A DNA stretch of 31,628 nucleotides, taken from assembly GCA_009103225.1 (NCBI GenBank), contig RHPI01001026.1, positions 1 to 31,628 on the forward strand, given 5' to 3'. The DNA is from Chlorokybus atmophyticus (taxonomy: Eukaryota > Plantae > Mesostigma and Chlorokybus algae). Positions within the stretch are counted from its first letter, which is position 1, and every line of letters begins with the position of its first letter. Below are positions 11,052 through 21,560 of this stretch, piece after piece. The notes below the pieces were generated by a model that was not told the DNA's origin, did no database searches, and was given only the letters and a program-made list of their open reading frames with translations. Made by a program: the position numbers and the translations under genes.

Positions 11052-12050
11052 TTCATGCAATGGATAGCCCTTCCATTTCACTAAGATCTTGCGCACGCCA
11101 TGCACAAACTTCTCACCAAGAATGTCTTCTACCTCCCACTCTGGTTCACCATCCGTGCCAACTTGGGGGCGGCCTTTCCGGCGGTTGTCCTCGATCACAC
11201 GGTTGGCCCGCTCCGTTGGCCCATTAGTTTGCGGGTAGAATGCCGTGCTGAACTTCAGTGTGGTACCCAGTGCACTATGCAGCGCCTCCCAAAACTTACT
11301 TTTAAAGCGCGGGTCGCGATCACTCATAATGCTTCGTGGTAATCTATGAGAACGAAACACATGCTTCACGAACAAGCGTGCGGCCTCCAGTGCCGTGCAA
11401 GATGCGCCACACGGTGCCAAGCGTACCATTTTGCTGGTTTTGACCACGAACACAAGCATAGCGTCGTACCCTTCTTTTGTCTTTGGTAGCCCCGTGATAA
11501 AGTCCATAACTTGCTCCCACTTGAACAATGGCACAGGGAGAGGTTGCAGCAACCCACCTGGCTTTTGGTTGCTTGCCTTCACCCCTTTGACATGCGTCGC
11601 ACAACGCCACGTAGTCGCGCACATTGCGATGCATCTCTCGCCAGTAAAAACGCTGCTTCAAGCTTGCCAAAGTCCTCTCCAACCCTTGGTGACTAGCAAT
11701 GGGCACGTCATGAGCTTCCTTTAGCAACTTCACACGGATATGCGCGACGTTGAGGATGTGCAAGCGCCCGTGGTGCCATAACAGCCTGTCGCGCATTGAC
11801 CAATGCCCACTTGTGTCCGTAGCTGCACTTTCCAGCTCTTGCAACACTTTCATACCCTCCGTGACTTCACGAAGCACTTGCCGAATCTGGTCGGTCCACT
11901 CGGGCTGCACTTGAGCGAGTGCCTCAATTGCATTAAAGCCGGCTCAGCGCGTCAGCAACACCATTTAATATACCGGGCTTGTACTTGATATCAAAGTCAA
12001 AAAGTTAAAAGAACTCCAGCCATTGTGCTTGTCTGCGACTTGGAGAGTCA
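11052..12050 (-). pseudogene. pol: Chromovirus (Ty3/gypsy) pol fragment: RNase H end, integrase and partial chromodomain
   Basis: SRRQAQWLEFF*LFDFDIKYKPG...VADALSR, then the zinc finger AHD...HQG...CDACQR. Integrase core MDFITGLP, SDRDPRF and PQTNGPTERANR, then the chromodomain WEVEDIL...LVKWKGYP. It has frameshifts and an internal deletion near 11186. Confidence 0.93.
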
Positions 12051-12452
12051 ATGCCCTTTTAAGGAGCACCGCCATAAGACTGTTCGCACATTGTTTAGCA
12101 ACATGACATAGGCTGCGTGTTTATCGCATAATCCATTAGTCATGTAGCAACACACACACATCGCAAGTCACGAGCCTTGTTATCGATTCAAATCAAGCTG
12201 TATATATGCATGTACACATATGCAATTCAACAAACAATCGTGTATGTGTGTGTGTGTGTGCGCGCGCGCGTGTATGTGTATTTTTATTAACAACGTCGGA
12301 TGGATTCATACTACAAATCAACTTGTATCATAGTATGTTTTTAGCTAGTATAATATTGTTTGTATCAACACCTCCGCTCGTAGCTTGCATTTGTAGGTTC
12401 AAATATACATAATGCGTAAGTGTACACATGTTTGTGATTTGCATTAAGCTCT

Positions 12453-12542
12453 GCGTTGTGAAGACGAAGAGCTCAAGAGCGTTCACATAAATAAGCAATA
12501 TTATTGCTTTATGTGAACGCGCTTTCTATTTCTACACAACGC
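12453..12542. other. Imperfect palindrome / hairpin (~90 bp)
   Basis: Core 12479-12520 is GCGTTCACATAA-ATA-AGCAATA-T-TATTGCT-TTATGTGAACGC. The outer arms GCGTTGTG and CACAACGC also pair. Confidence 0.75.
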
Positions 12543-13595
12543 CGTGCACTATATTATGCACTTCATTGTATTTTTACTCATGCCATGCACATATTGAGTA
12601 CGCACATGAGCTTTGTTAGCTACGTTGTTGATATAAGTGTTGTAAGAATCAACCCAATACGAAGCCTTTTTGTGAAGACAATGAGTCATTGTTGTCTTCC
12701 ATGCAAGGCAAGTGGCGGCTACTCTGCACACAAAGCCTGATACCATGTAAAATTATAGTTGATTGGTCAGTGCCACAACATGCAAGGTATGTTGCGCATT
12801 GAATCAATTTGCAACGCAGCACACCACACACATTGCTTGATGATGAGCTTGGTGAACAATGCATGTGTCATGCAGGTTGCATGTATCATGATCACTTGCA
12901 TTTCCTGTACACAGAGCAACAGCTAGCAGCACACGCAAGCACAAGCAATCACAAGCAGATGTAGGCCGACATCGCACATATCGTTACGCAACCCACGCGC
13001 ATGTAAACTACTCACCTAGTGCAACTATGTGCTGCTATCTGTTTGCTGTGCGGTGGGTATATCGCACACCTTGTGGTAGAGTTTAATACTAAAGAGGCCA
13101 AGCAAATGAAAGATGGCATACTAACATGTGAGTATAAAGAGTGTGAAGGTTTAGCCATTGCGTGCAGCACAATACTTGTAGTGCATCTGAGCGAATTGCG
13201 AGTTTGTGCGTAAATTTGCACACAAGGTCACAAGTTTAGTGATGTCCCTTTCGTTATTGCCAATTTTGTTGTAATAGCATTGTTGCAAGGAATATATTAC
13301 CAGCTTGCATTGATAGTTCTTGCTCGCATCTTGTATGGCAATACATTTTTAATCATAAGCAAGGTGATGCAGCGCGCTTGGACAAGGCATTTTCCAGCTT
13401 GGCCTGCTGTCCGCCCAGCCCAAATGGCACATAAGCATGCAACATTGTGTGTGCAACAATGTGCTGTACCCATCCAAAAATGCGGCACACATTCACACAC
13501 GGCCGAATGCTGTGTGCGCACGCGGGTGGGTGTGTTTTATGTTGTGAGGTGCTCTCACCAACACGCATAGGGGGAAGCCAGCGGTTTGCATGTAA

Positions 13596-15762
13596 CAGCG
13601 CAAGTGTGAGCGTAGGGTAGCACGAAAGGCGTCTCGATTGGAGTTGACACTTTAAGGGCGAGGTCTGTCTAAAGAGCGGACAGAGCCATTGCCCAATGCT
13701 TGCCGACTGCAGCAGGGTGCCCACTTGCATAATCGTTGATGTGGCACCTAGCAACATCAACGGGTCAAGCATATGTTAGGAAGGTAACGGACGAACATTA
13801 ACTCGCTAAATACATGCGCATGCATCTAGGATCAAAGGTTACATGCGGACGCATGGGCATGCACACACATGCACATGTGCACAGACACACACGCGTTCAT
13901 ACATGCACAAGCACGTGGACGCGCACATGCATGAACGCACTCCCTAACACAATAAGACACACATGTGCATGCGCACGCATCTTGAGCTACTCTCCTTTTG
14001 GCCGAGCAAACAACTTGGTTAGTGATGGCATCATCGACCTGTGCCCTTGTGCTTCAGCTGTTGAAGGTTCTCATCCCGCACGCAAAGTTTTCTCTTGCTC
14101 TCGGGGCGCTGTGCTGCATGCTTTCTTTACAGCTGTCCGCCCAACGGTTGCTCTCGGGGTGTATGTCAGGTGGTGTGAGTATGTTCTGCTCGTATACACT
14201 TCCTTAAGCAGGCAGGATTATGTCACAATCGACCACAGCAGCAGCAATAGCAGCAAGTGTGGTCGGTTTCAACATGAAAACAGCCAGCTTACCACTGCAT
14301 CCTCCACAGAACGAACTTGAGAACCAACTTGAGTACCAGCGCAAGTGTGAGTGTAGGGTAGCACGAAAGGCGTCTCGATTGGAGTAGACATCACGTTAAG
14401 GGCGAGGTCTGTCTAAAGAGCGGACAGAGCCATTGCCCAATGCTTGCCGACTGCAGCAGGGTGCCCACTTGCATAATCGTTAATGTGGCACCTAGCAACA
14501 TCAACGGGTTAAGCATATGTTAGAAAGGTAACGGACGGACATTCACTCATAAAATACATGCGCATGCATCTAGGACCAAAGGTTACATGCGGACGCATGG
14601 GCATGCACACACGTGTGGACGCGCACATGTGTGAACGCACTCCCTAACACAATAAGACACACACGTGCATGCGCACGCATCTTGAGCTACTCTCTTTTTG
14701 GCCGAGCAAACAACTTGGTTAGTGATGGCATCACTGACCTGTGAACTTGTGCTTCAGCTGTTGAAGGTGCTCATCCCGCACGCAAAGTTTCTCTTGCTCT
14801 CGGGGCGCTGTGCTGCATGCTTTCTTTACAGCTGTCCGCCCAACGGTTGCTCTCGGGGTGTATGTCAGGTGGTGTGAGTATGTTCTGCTCGTATACACTT
14901 CCTTAAGCAGGCAGGATTATGTCACAATCGACCACAGCAGCAGCAATAGCAGCAAGTGTGGTCGGTTTCAACATGAAAACAGCCAGCTTACCACTGCATC
15001 CTCCACAGAACGGATTTGAGAACCAACTTGAGTATCAGCGCAAGTGTGAGCGTAGGGTAGCACGAAAGGCGTCTCGATTGGAGTAGACATCACGTTAAGG
15101 GCGAGGTCTGTCTAATGAGCGGACAGAGCCATTGCCCAATGCTTACCGACTGCAGCAGGGTGCCCACTTGCATAATCGTTAATGTGGCACCTAGCAACAT
15201 CAACGGGTTAAGCATATGTTAGAAAGGTAACGGACGGACATTCACTCATAAAATACATGCGCATGCATCTAGGATCAAAGGTTACATGCGGACGCATGGG
15301 CATGCACACACATGCACATGTGCACAGACACACACGCGTTCATACATGCACAAGCACGTGGACGCGCACATGCATGAACGCACTCCCTAACACAATAAGA
15401 CACACACGTGCATGCGCACGCATCTTGAGCTACTCTCCTTTTGGCCGAGCAAACAACTTGGTTAGTGATGGCATCATCGACCTGTGCCCTTGTGCTTCAG
15501 CTGTTGAAGGTTCTCATCCCGCACGCAAAGTTTTCTCTTGCTCTCGGGGCGCTGTGCTGCATGCTTTCTTTACAGCTGTCCGCCCAACGGTTGCTCTCGG
15601 GGTGTATGTCAGGTGGTGTGAGTATGTTCTGCTCGTATATACTTCCTGCAAGATTATGTCACGATCGACCACAGCAGCAGCAATAGCAGCAAGTGTGGTC
15701 GGTTTCAACATGAAAACAGCCAGCTTACCACTGCATCCTCCACAGAACGAACTTGAGTATCA
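13596..15762. repeat. Tandem array of three ~700-740 bp units
   Basis: Units start CAGCGCAAGTGTGAG at 13596, 14337 and 15036. Unit 2 has a ~40-bp deletion in the CA/TG-rich tract. The same spurious ORFs recur in each unit. Confidence 0.95.
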
Positions 15763-16307
15763 CACTAGCTTGCTCCAAGCGCAGGGGTGCAATACAAGCA
15801 TGAGAGAGGAGCACTCAACGACGTAAATGCAATGTAGACAGTAAGTACGAACAGCTGGAAGCGCTTACTTCTTTATGATTGCCATGCACAATGTGCTTGA
15901 TGTGTAAATACAACACTTGCTACTTCTTACGCATGTGTCACACACTGTCTGCCAGCTGCTTTCCACCTTACTCTAGCGCTTCCTTCACCTTCAAGTTCGC
16001 AGCATCTGGCAGCCAGCTAGCACCATCAGCATGTCCGCCTTTATGGGCGAACTCAGCGTCGGTGCATAATTGTCAGCCCTCAACATAAGCCTGCCCTGCA
16101 CTGCTTAGTTCACTAGTATGCGCAAGCTAACAGCCACGAAGCTGCAACAAGCTTATGCTTGTCAAGCAGCGAGCAAGCCATCATGCCCGCACCCAAGCAT
16201 ACAAGCGAGCTTGCAGCTTACGCACTAGCTGTTGCTTACTCCAGCAAGCTGTTCCCCTCGCAGACATTGCCGCCCACGACATGCCGACGCTGCCTCTTTC
16301 GCCTGCC

Positions 16308-16800
16308 CTACACTTGCGACGAGTGCATCTGTTGTAAAGCTTCACGTCGCACAGTCAGATTCAGCAGAGCGCCATTGGGGTTTGCGTAGGGTTTTGTGCG
16401 GCCCGTTGGGGGAGGGCAGTGCAGGCTTTGACGCATGAAGGCGGCAGTGCGTTCAGAATTGCGGTTGGCTAGGAGCGAAGTGGCCTGCTCCTGCATGTCC
16501 CATCCTCTCCTTCTCCGCTCCATCAGGCCACTGACGATGGTGGCGTTAATGTTGTTCCTGAGCGCCAGCAGCTGCGTTGCTGCCTGCCATTCCTATGCCC
16601 TCTTCTTCATGCACCTCCTCCTCGTGCTCCAGTGCGGCTCCTTGCGCCTACGCTCCGTCCCTCCTCGCCTCCCCTCTGTTCTCGTAGACGGCAGTACTCT
16701 ACTGTTGATGTTGTTGTTATTGTTGTTGGTGGTGGTGGTCTCGTCGTCGTCGTCGCTGTGGTTGTGGTCAAGGTGGGCATTGTCTCTGCTGCAATGCTGC
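16308..16800 (-). pseudogene. Degenerate coding-like fragment (low-complexity N/T tract, then basic and helical sequence); function unknown
   Basis: Minus frame ...NNNNNNINSRVLPSTRTEGRRGGTERRRKEPHWSTRRRCMKKRA*EWQAATQLLALRNNINATIVSGLMERRRRGWDMQEQ... is open apart from one TAG. No family recognised. Confidence 0.3.
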
Positions 16801-17109
16801 GTGCATTCCTAAAGCCATATTGCAACCCATCATGTTGTTATATGGTATATGGTTTCTCTGCCTTTGCAACTAGTAGCTCATGACACTACCATGTGCACCG
16901 CAGTCTGTTTACTTTCGTATCTATGTCTCGCATGCGCAGGTTAAACAAAAGGTAAGTTGCCACTGCACTATGTGCCACTAAACATGCATGGCAAGTGCAT
17001 AATTCAATTGTTGATGTCTTGCTGCTCGATTGCTGCCTTGCAGGTTTGGTCTCACGGAGCACATGTCCACCTGGGCACACAGACTATCATATGACTTGAC
17101 GGCTGCTTA

Positions 17110-18073
17110 GGCATGTCGCACAATCCGGAAGGACACTTTTGGTGCAACGTTAATGGAGGTTTTGTCAATTTTTACCGCAGCTCATGATTTCGTTCAACAT
17201 TTGAAGTCATCCCACAGCTGTTTAGTTACTAGATCTCCACTAACCCGCGTCTGCGGGTCCTCCACCTCAAGGCGGCAAGATCTTGGAGTTCTAGTAACTC
17301 CACGCCATCGGCGCGCACTGAAAAGTGAAAAACCGAAGTGAAGTCATCCCACAGCTGTTTAGTTACTTGACCTCCACTAACCCGCGTCTGCGGGTCCTCA
17401 AGATCTTGAAGTTATATTAAATCCACGCCATCGGCGCGCACTGAAAATTAAAAATGCGAACTCACGATGAGCGCGTCCGCCGGGAATTGATTCCTCGTTG
17501 CGCGACTGTCAGGCACGCGAACTACCCACTACACCGCGGGTATAAGTAAATCTTGGATCTTGGAGTTCCATTAACTCCACGCCATCGGCGCGCACTGAAA
17601 AGTGAAAAACCGAACTCACGATGAGCGCGTCCGCCGGGAATTGATTCCCCGTTGCGCGAATGTCAAGCACGCGTGCTACCCACTACACCGCGGGTAGGCC
17701 TATACGTAAACGCAAGCCTCACGAACACTCAAGTCGTTGATAGTGCGGCGCGTTCCGCCGCGGCAAGGGTGATCCCGTTATAAGTTTTTACACGAGGATT
17801 GGTTTGTTTGCTGGGTGTGGCCTAGTTAGCAGCGTATCGAGCCCACAATGCCGGCTACCGGGGTTTAAACCCCGCTGCACGCCGCGAGAAATTCGCGGCT
17901 GAGTTTTTCGCCACACTGCGCGCCGAGCATGCGAGTTAATGGAACTCCCATAACCTGCAAAGCGCAAGATCTGCGATTTCAACTAAAATTCGGCGATTTC
18001 ACGTGATCTCATCACCTCCAAATCAGCCCCAACCACCTTCAAAAAGTGGCCCCCCGGATCTTGCGACACGCCC
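17110..18073. mobile_element. Non-autonomous PIF/Harbinger-type (Tourist-like) MITE, ~964 bp
   Basis: Imperfect ~32-bp TIRs: GGCATGTCGCACAATCCGGAAGGACACTTTT versus the reverse complement of the right end, GGGCGTGTCGCAAGATCCGGGGGGCCACTTTT. TTA lies on both sides (17107-17109, 18074-18076). The interior is built of duplicated blocks. Confidence 0.78.
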
Positions 18074-18883
18074 TTAGCGGTGCCAGTTCATCATTTGCAT
18101 GGCTCAAGCTTCACTCATGGAATGTAAGCTTGTCAAGTTGTGTTTAAAGCTCTCCCCGCTCCTTTGAGGAAGGCAAACTAGTGCACACTGGCTTGGAACT
18201 TACAATACTTGCACATATTCATCAATTTCTGTGTTAAACATACCGCATGTTCTCCCCTGCTTCATAGGCAATCCGCGCACATGTTGCTTCTTTGCGTATT
18301 GCATGCTTGCATGCTCACATGCTGACTACAATTGTGATGCATGCTGACTACAGCAGTAACTTGCAATGCTTTGCCGGTTGTGTGGCAGGGTGCGATTGGC
18401 AATACATCGTACACAGAGAATGGCAGCTCCCTTGCATTACCTCTCTCAACCATCAGGACAGGCACATGGCTAGTTGTGAAGTGCGCATTCTTTGCCACCT
18501 TGAAGGTTGCACCGCACACCCATTGACCATGCATTCAGCAGGCTGGCTCTAAGCGCAGTAGGTAACAACACATGCAAGAAAAGTGCAAAGCCTGCTGCTA
18601 TGCACGCATGCATGTGTTCATGTAAGCATGGGAGTGCGCGCACCAGCACACTCTGTGATGTGCTTTTGGTGTGCAGCCATCCAAGCCTACAAGTGTGAAG
18701 GCAAGCCACCCTCGCTGAGACAGTTGAGGGCGAAATTATTGCCTTGCAACCGTCGTAAGCTTGTTATCGATAATGAAACCAACACGTGTATTACAAATAG
18801 GTACTCACTCACATCAAGTGCAATATGCCTTGTTGTAGCTCGTTATTGGCGCTTGCTTAGCTCAGCCATATTGCAAGGCACAT

Positions 18884-19470
18884 GAGGTATGCAGTTCAGC
18901 AAATCCAAGTTAATGGAGCTCTAAGATCTTAAAAGAGGTGAGCCAATCCGAGTTACTGGAGCTCCATGATTTCACAAGATTTACATCTCGCTTAGTTCAG
19001 TCCTTGCTTCAGGCTTACGAGGTATGCAGTTCAGCCAACCCAAGTTAAAGGAGCTCTAAGATCTCAAAAGGTCAGCCAATTTAAGTTACCAGAGCTCCAT
19101 GATCTCAGAAGATTTAACATCTTGCTTGATTCAGTCCTTGTGACTGGCATAGGAGCTATGCCAGTTGGTTAACCCAAGTTAACTGAGCTTTAATATCTTG
19201 AAAGAGTTTAGCCAATCCGAGTTAATTAAGCTTCAGTGTATAACAAGATTTTACAGTTTGCTTAGCTCAGTCCTTGCTTTGGGTATAGGAGCTATGCTAG
19301 TTCAGCCCATTAAAGGTAACGGAGCTTCAAGATCTTTGAAGAGTACAGCCGATCTGATTTAAAGGAGCTCCATTATCTCACAAAATCTCATCTTGCTCAG
19401 CTTCGTCCTTACTTTATGCATAAGAGCTATGCTAGTGTAGCCAATCCAAGTTATTGGAATTTCATTATCA
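18884..19470. repeat. Degenerate tandem array, ~4.4 x ~135 bp, each unit with two copies of a CCAAGTTAATGGAGCTCCAAGATCT-like motif
   Basis: Units start GAG(G/C)TATGC at ~18884, 19019, 19152, 19290 and 19425. Confidence 0.85.
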
Positions 19471-20561
19471 TCCCACATTAACTTAATTTAAAAACCCAAT
19501 TCAGTAGCCTTGTTGTGGTTAACACGTTCTTGTTGCAAGGAATAAAAATTGTTATAGTTGATTGAACTTGACTTGAATCAAGGAAGGTCTATTATCTCGT
19601 GTGGTACGCATAGACTTGTGTTACACTTAGGCAAGAGAGTTTTAAGCCTTGCAAGAATGAAAGGTTTGCTAACTGATTCGAGTGAAGTTACGGCAGGTCT
19701 ATGTTCTTGTGTGTAGTAAAGGCTTCTCATCTTCAAGCCATGATAATCATCTTACAAGTGCTTGGTTGACCTTCCGATTGAATTAAAGGTCTCGAAACAT
19801 AGTCTTGTGCTGCATCACAAGGGAGCTTGAATAGGTGTATGTAACTCTTCAAGTTGGGGAATTATAACAACTTCCACAAGACCAACATCGCACGCAAGTC
19901 TCACCAAGTAGGGACTCTACTACAGGTCCCTTGTAATGCCGGTAGTACTTGCATAGCATGCAATCTGTAGAATTCTATCATGCTGCGACCGGTTCGACAG
20001 AGTGTGCATGCCTGTAGCATTTGAGTATACACACAAATAATTGTGTATGTTGTGTCACATTGATAAGCTTATTTCTTATATAAAGTAGTGGGAGCTTTGA
20101 AGATGTTCATTCAATTTAAGTTATTGTGGGTCTATTATTTTAGAATGCACAATTGTTGAAAATACTTGTTACTTGCTTTTAGCTTCATACTTGACAATGA
20201 ACACTGTAGCTTATTTTATTGGATCCTTAGTAACCCAAAGTCCGTAGCTTGTATGCAGAGTGTGCTTGTTTATCATGTTTTCTTATTTTTGGGGCATATC
20301 TATTATAGGGCCAAAAAGCAACACATGACGAATGAGACACGTAGAATACGCTGTACTGTAGATTTGTTTTTCATTCTTGAGACATGTATTGATGAATTTG
20401 CCTTGCACGTACGTTTAAAAGTGTATTAACATGTTTGGCCTTGCCTATTATTCATGACAAGCATGTCGGCATAGCCTAAGCAAGTGCCGCAAACTCCAAA
20501 GTTGCTGTAACGACTTGATACAAGTACGAGTGTAAAGGTGTAGCGTATGATATTGCTGCTA

Positions 20562-21560
20562 TTATGGATTGTTGGTGAGCAAGCTTGCTGCAAGCAAAAC
20601 CCATGTTAACTCACCTTGTAAAATAGGACACGCCATGAATGTGTTCTTCCGCAACCTCATGGTTTGTTCGATAGCTATGCGCGTAGGCGACCGCACGTCA
20701 CGCCACCAGCATTTATATACATGTTGCTTAAGAGGCAAGTAGTTGCCATACGGAGTCATGATCTTGTCAGTCAAAGGGTATGCTGCATCTCCAAGCAGGT
20801 AACCTATGGATGGAAGTTCGTGGTCCAGTAAATACTGACCGACCGGTGCAAGATGAACATAGTATAGTCATGGTTGTAGCTAGCACAGCCAACATGCAAG
20901 TTCAAGATGTTGGATATGTCATCACTGATGACGAAACAGTTGGAAGAGTAAAACTTCTTATAATTGCGATAGCTCTCATTTTTTTCTCGTATCTCCACAT
21001 GGGTGCCATCCACGGATCCAACGCAGCCCTTCATGCCGTTAAAGGGCGTTGCGTTGTGTAGACACGCATTTTAAAGTCAGACTGCACGGACGCAATACCC
21101 CTTCGCCCCGCAGGATGTCCCACGGTATTAGGCCACACAGATCCCTCCGGAAATCAAACATGAGCAGCATGATCAGCCATCATGATGCACATTTGCAAAG
21201 TGAACAATATGCAAGCAGCTCATCAAGAGAATATCTGATGTAATGAGCCATCATGTGCTGCACAATGGTCCCGCACATAATGGGAATCTCTTTAGCAATG
21301 GTGGAGATACCAAGGCCAAATAACTCATTGATGCCAGCAAAGTCAGCTGTAGTCGCTAGGTAATAAAGCACAGCAGCTACCGTACACTTAAGCTTGATGG
21401 CCTTGACCCAACGAGAGTCCTCTACTTCTACATTAGCACGGATGGCCTCACATGTCAGCTTGAATACTGCACGCTCTAAGCTAAAGTGCTTTTGTAACCT
21501 CTCCTCGCTAAAATGAGGAATCCAATTATCCCACCCGTAAATGACTGCAGCAAAGACGCA
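20562..21560 (-). pseudogene. PIF/Harbinger DDE transposase remnant (DDE_Tnp_4-like)
   Basis: N-terminal part FKLTCEAI...AAVLYYLATTADFAGINELFGLGISTI. Catalytic blocks GCVGSVDGTHVEI, YRNYKKFYSSN, HD, YLLGDAAYPLTDKIMTPY and RIAIE. Broken by stops and frameshifts. Confidence 0.88.

Noticed and set aside
13019-13213. Cys-containing ORF (CLLC...CEYKEC) and the coding-like ORF at 18262-18534
   Set aside because: Both are short and isolated, with no recognisable domain or convincing splice context, so they could not be supported as genes.
13591-15762. Array begins with TGTAACAG like the LTRs and ends in CA
   Set aside because: There is no TSD (TTGCA vs CACTA), no PBS or PPT, and no further similarity to the LTRs.
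13814-15826. 168-189 aa ORFs in the tandem array
   Set aside because: They are low-complexity H/T/C/M translations of CA/TG-rich repeat DNA with no domain signal.
17190-19470. CRISPR-like appearance of short motifs recurring with spacers
   Set aside because: The context is eukaryotic, the repeats are degenerate, the spacers are themselves repeated, and there are no cas genes.
20461-20479. GCATGTCGGCATAGCC-TAA as a possible Harbinger terminus pairing with 17110
   Set aside because: The similarity is short and gapped, and 17110 already has a much better partner at 18073.
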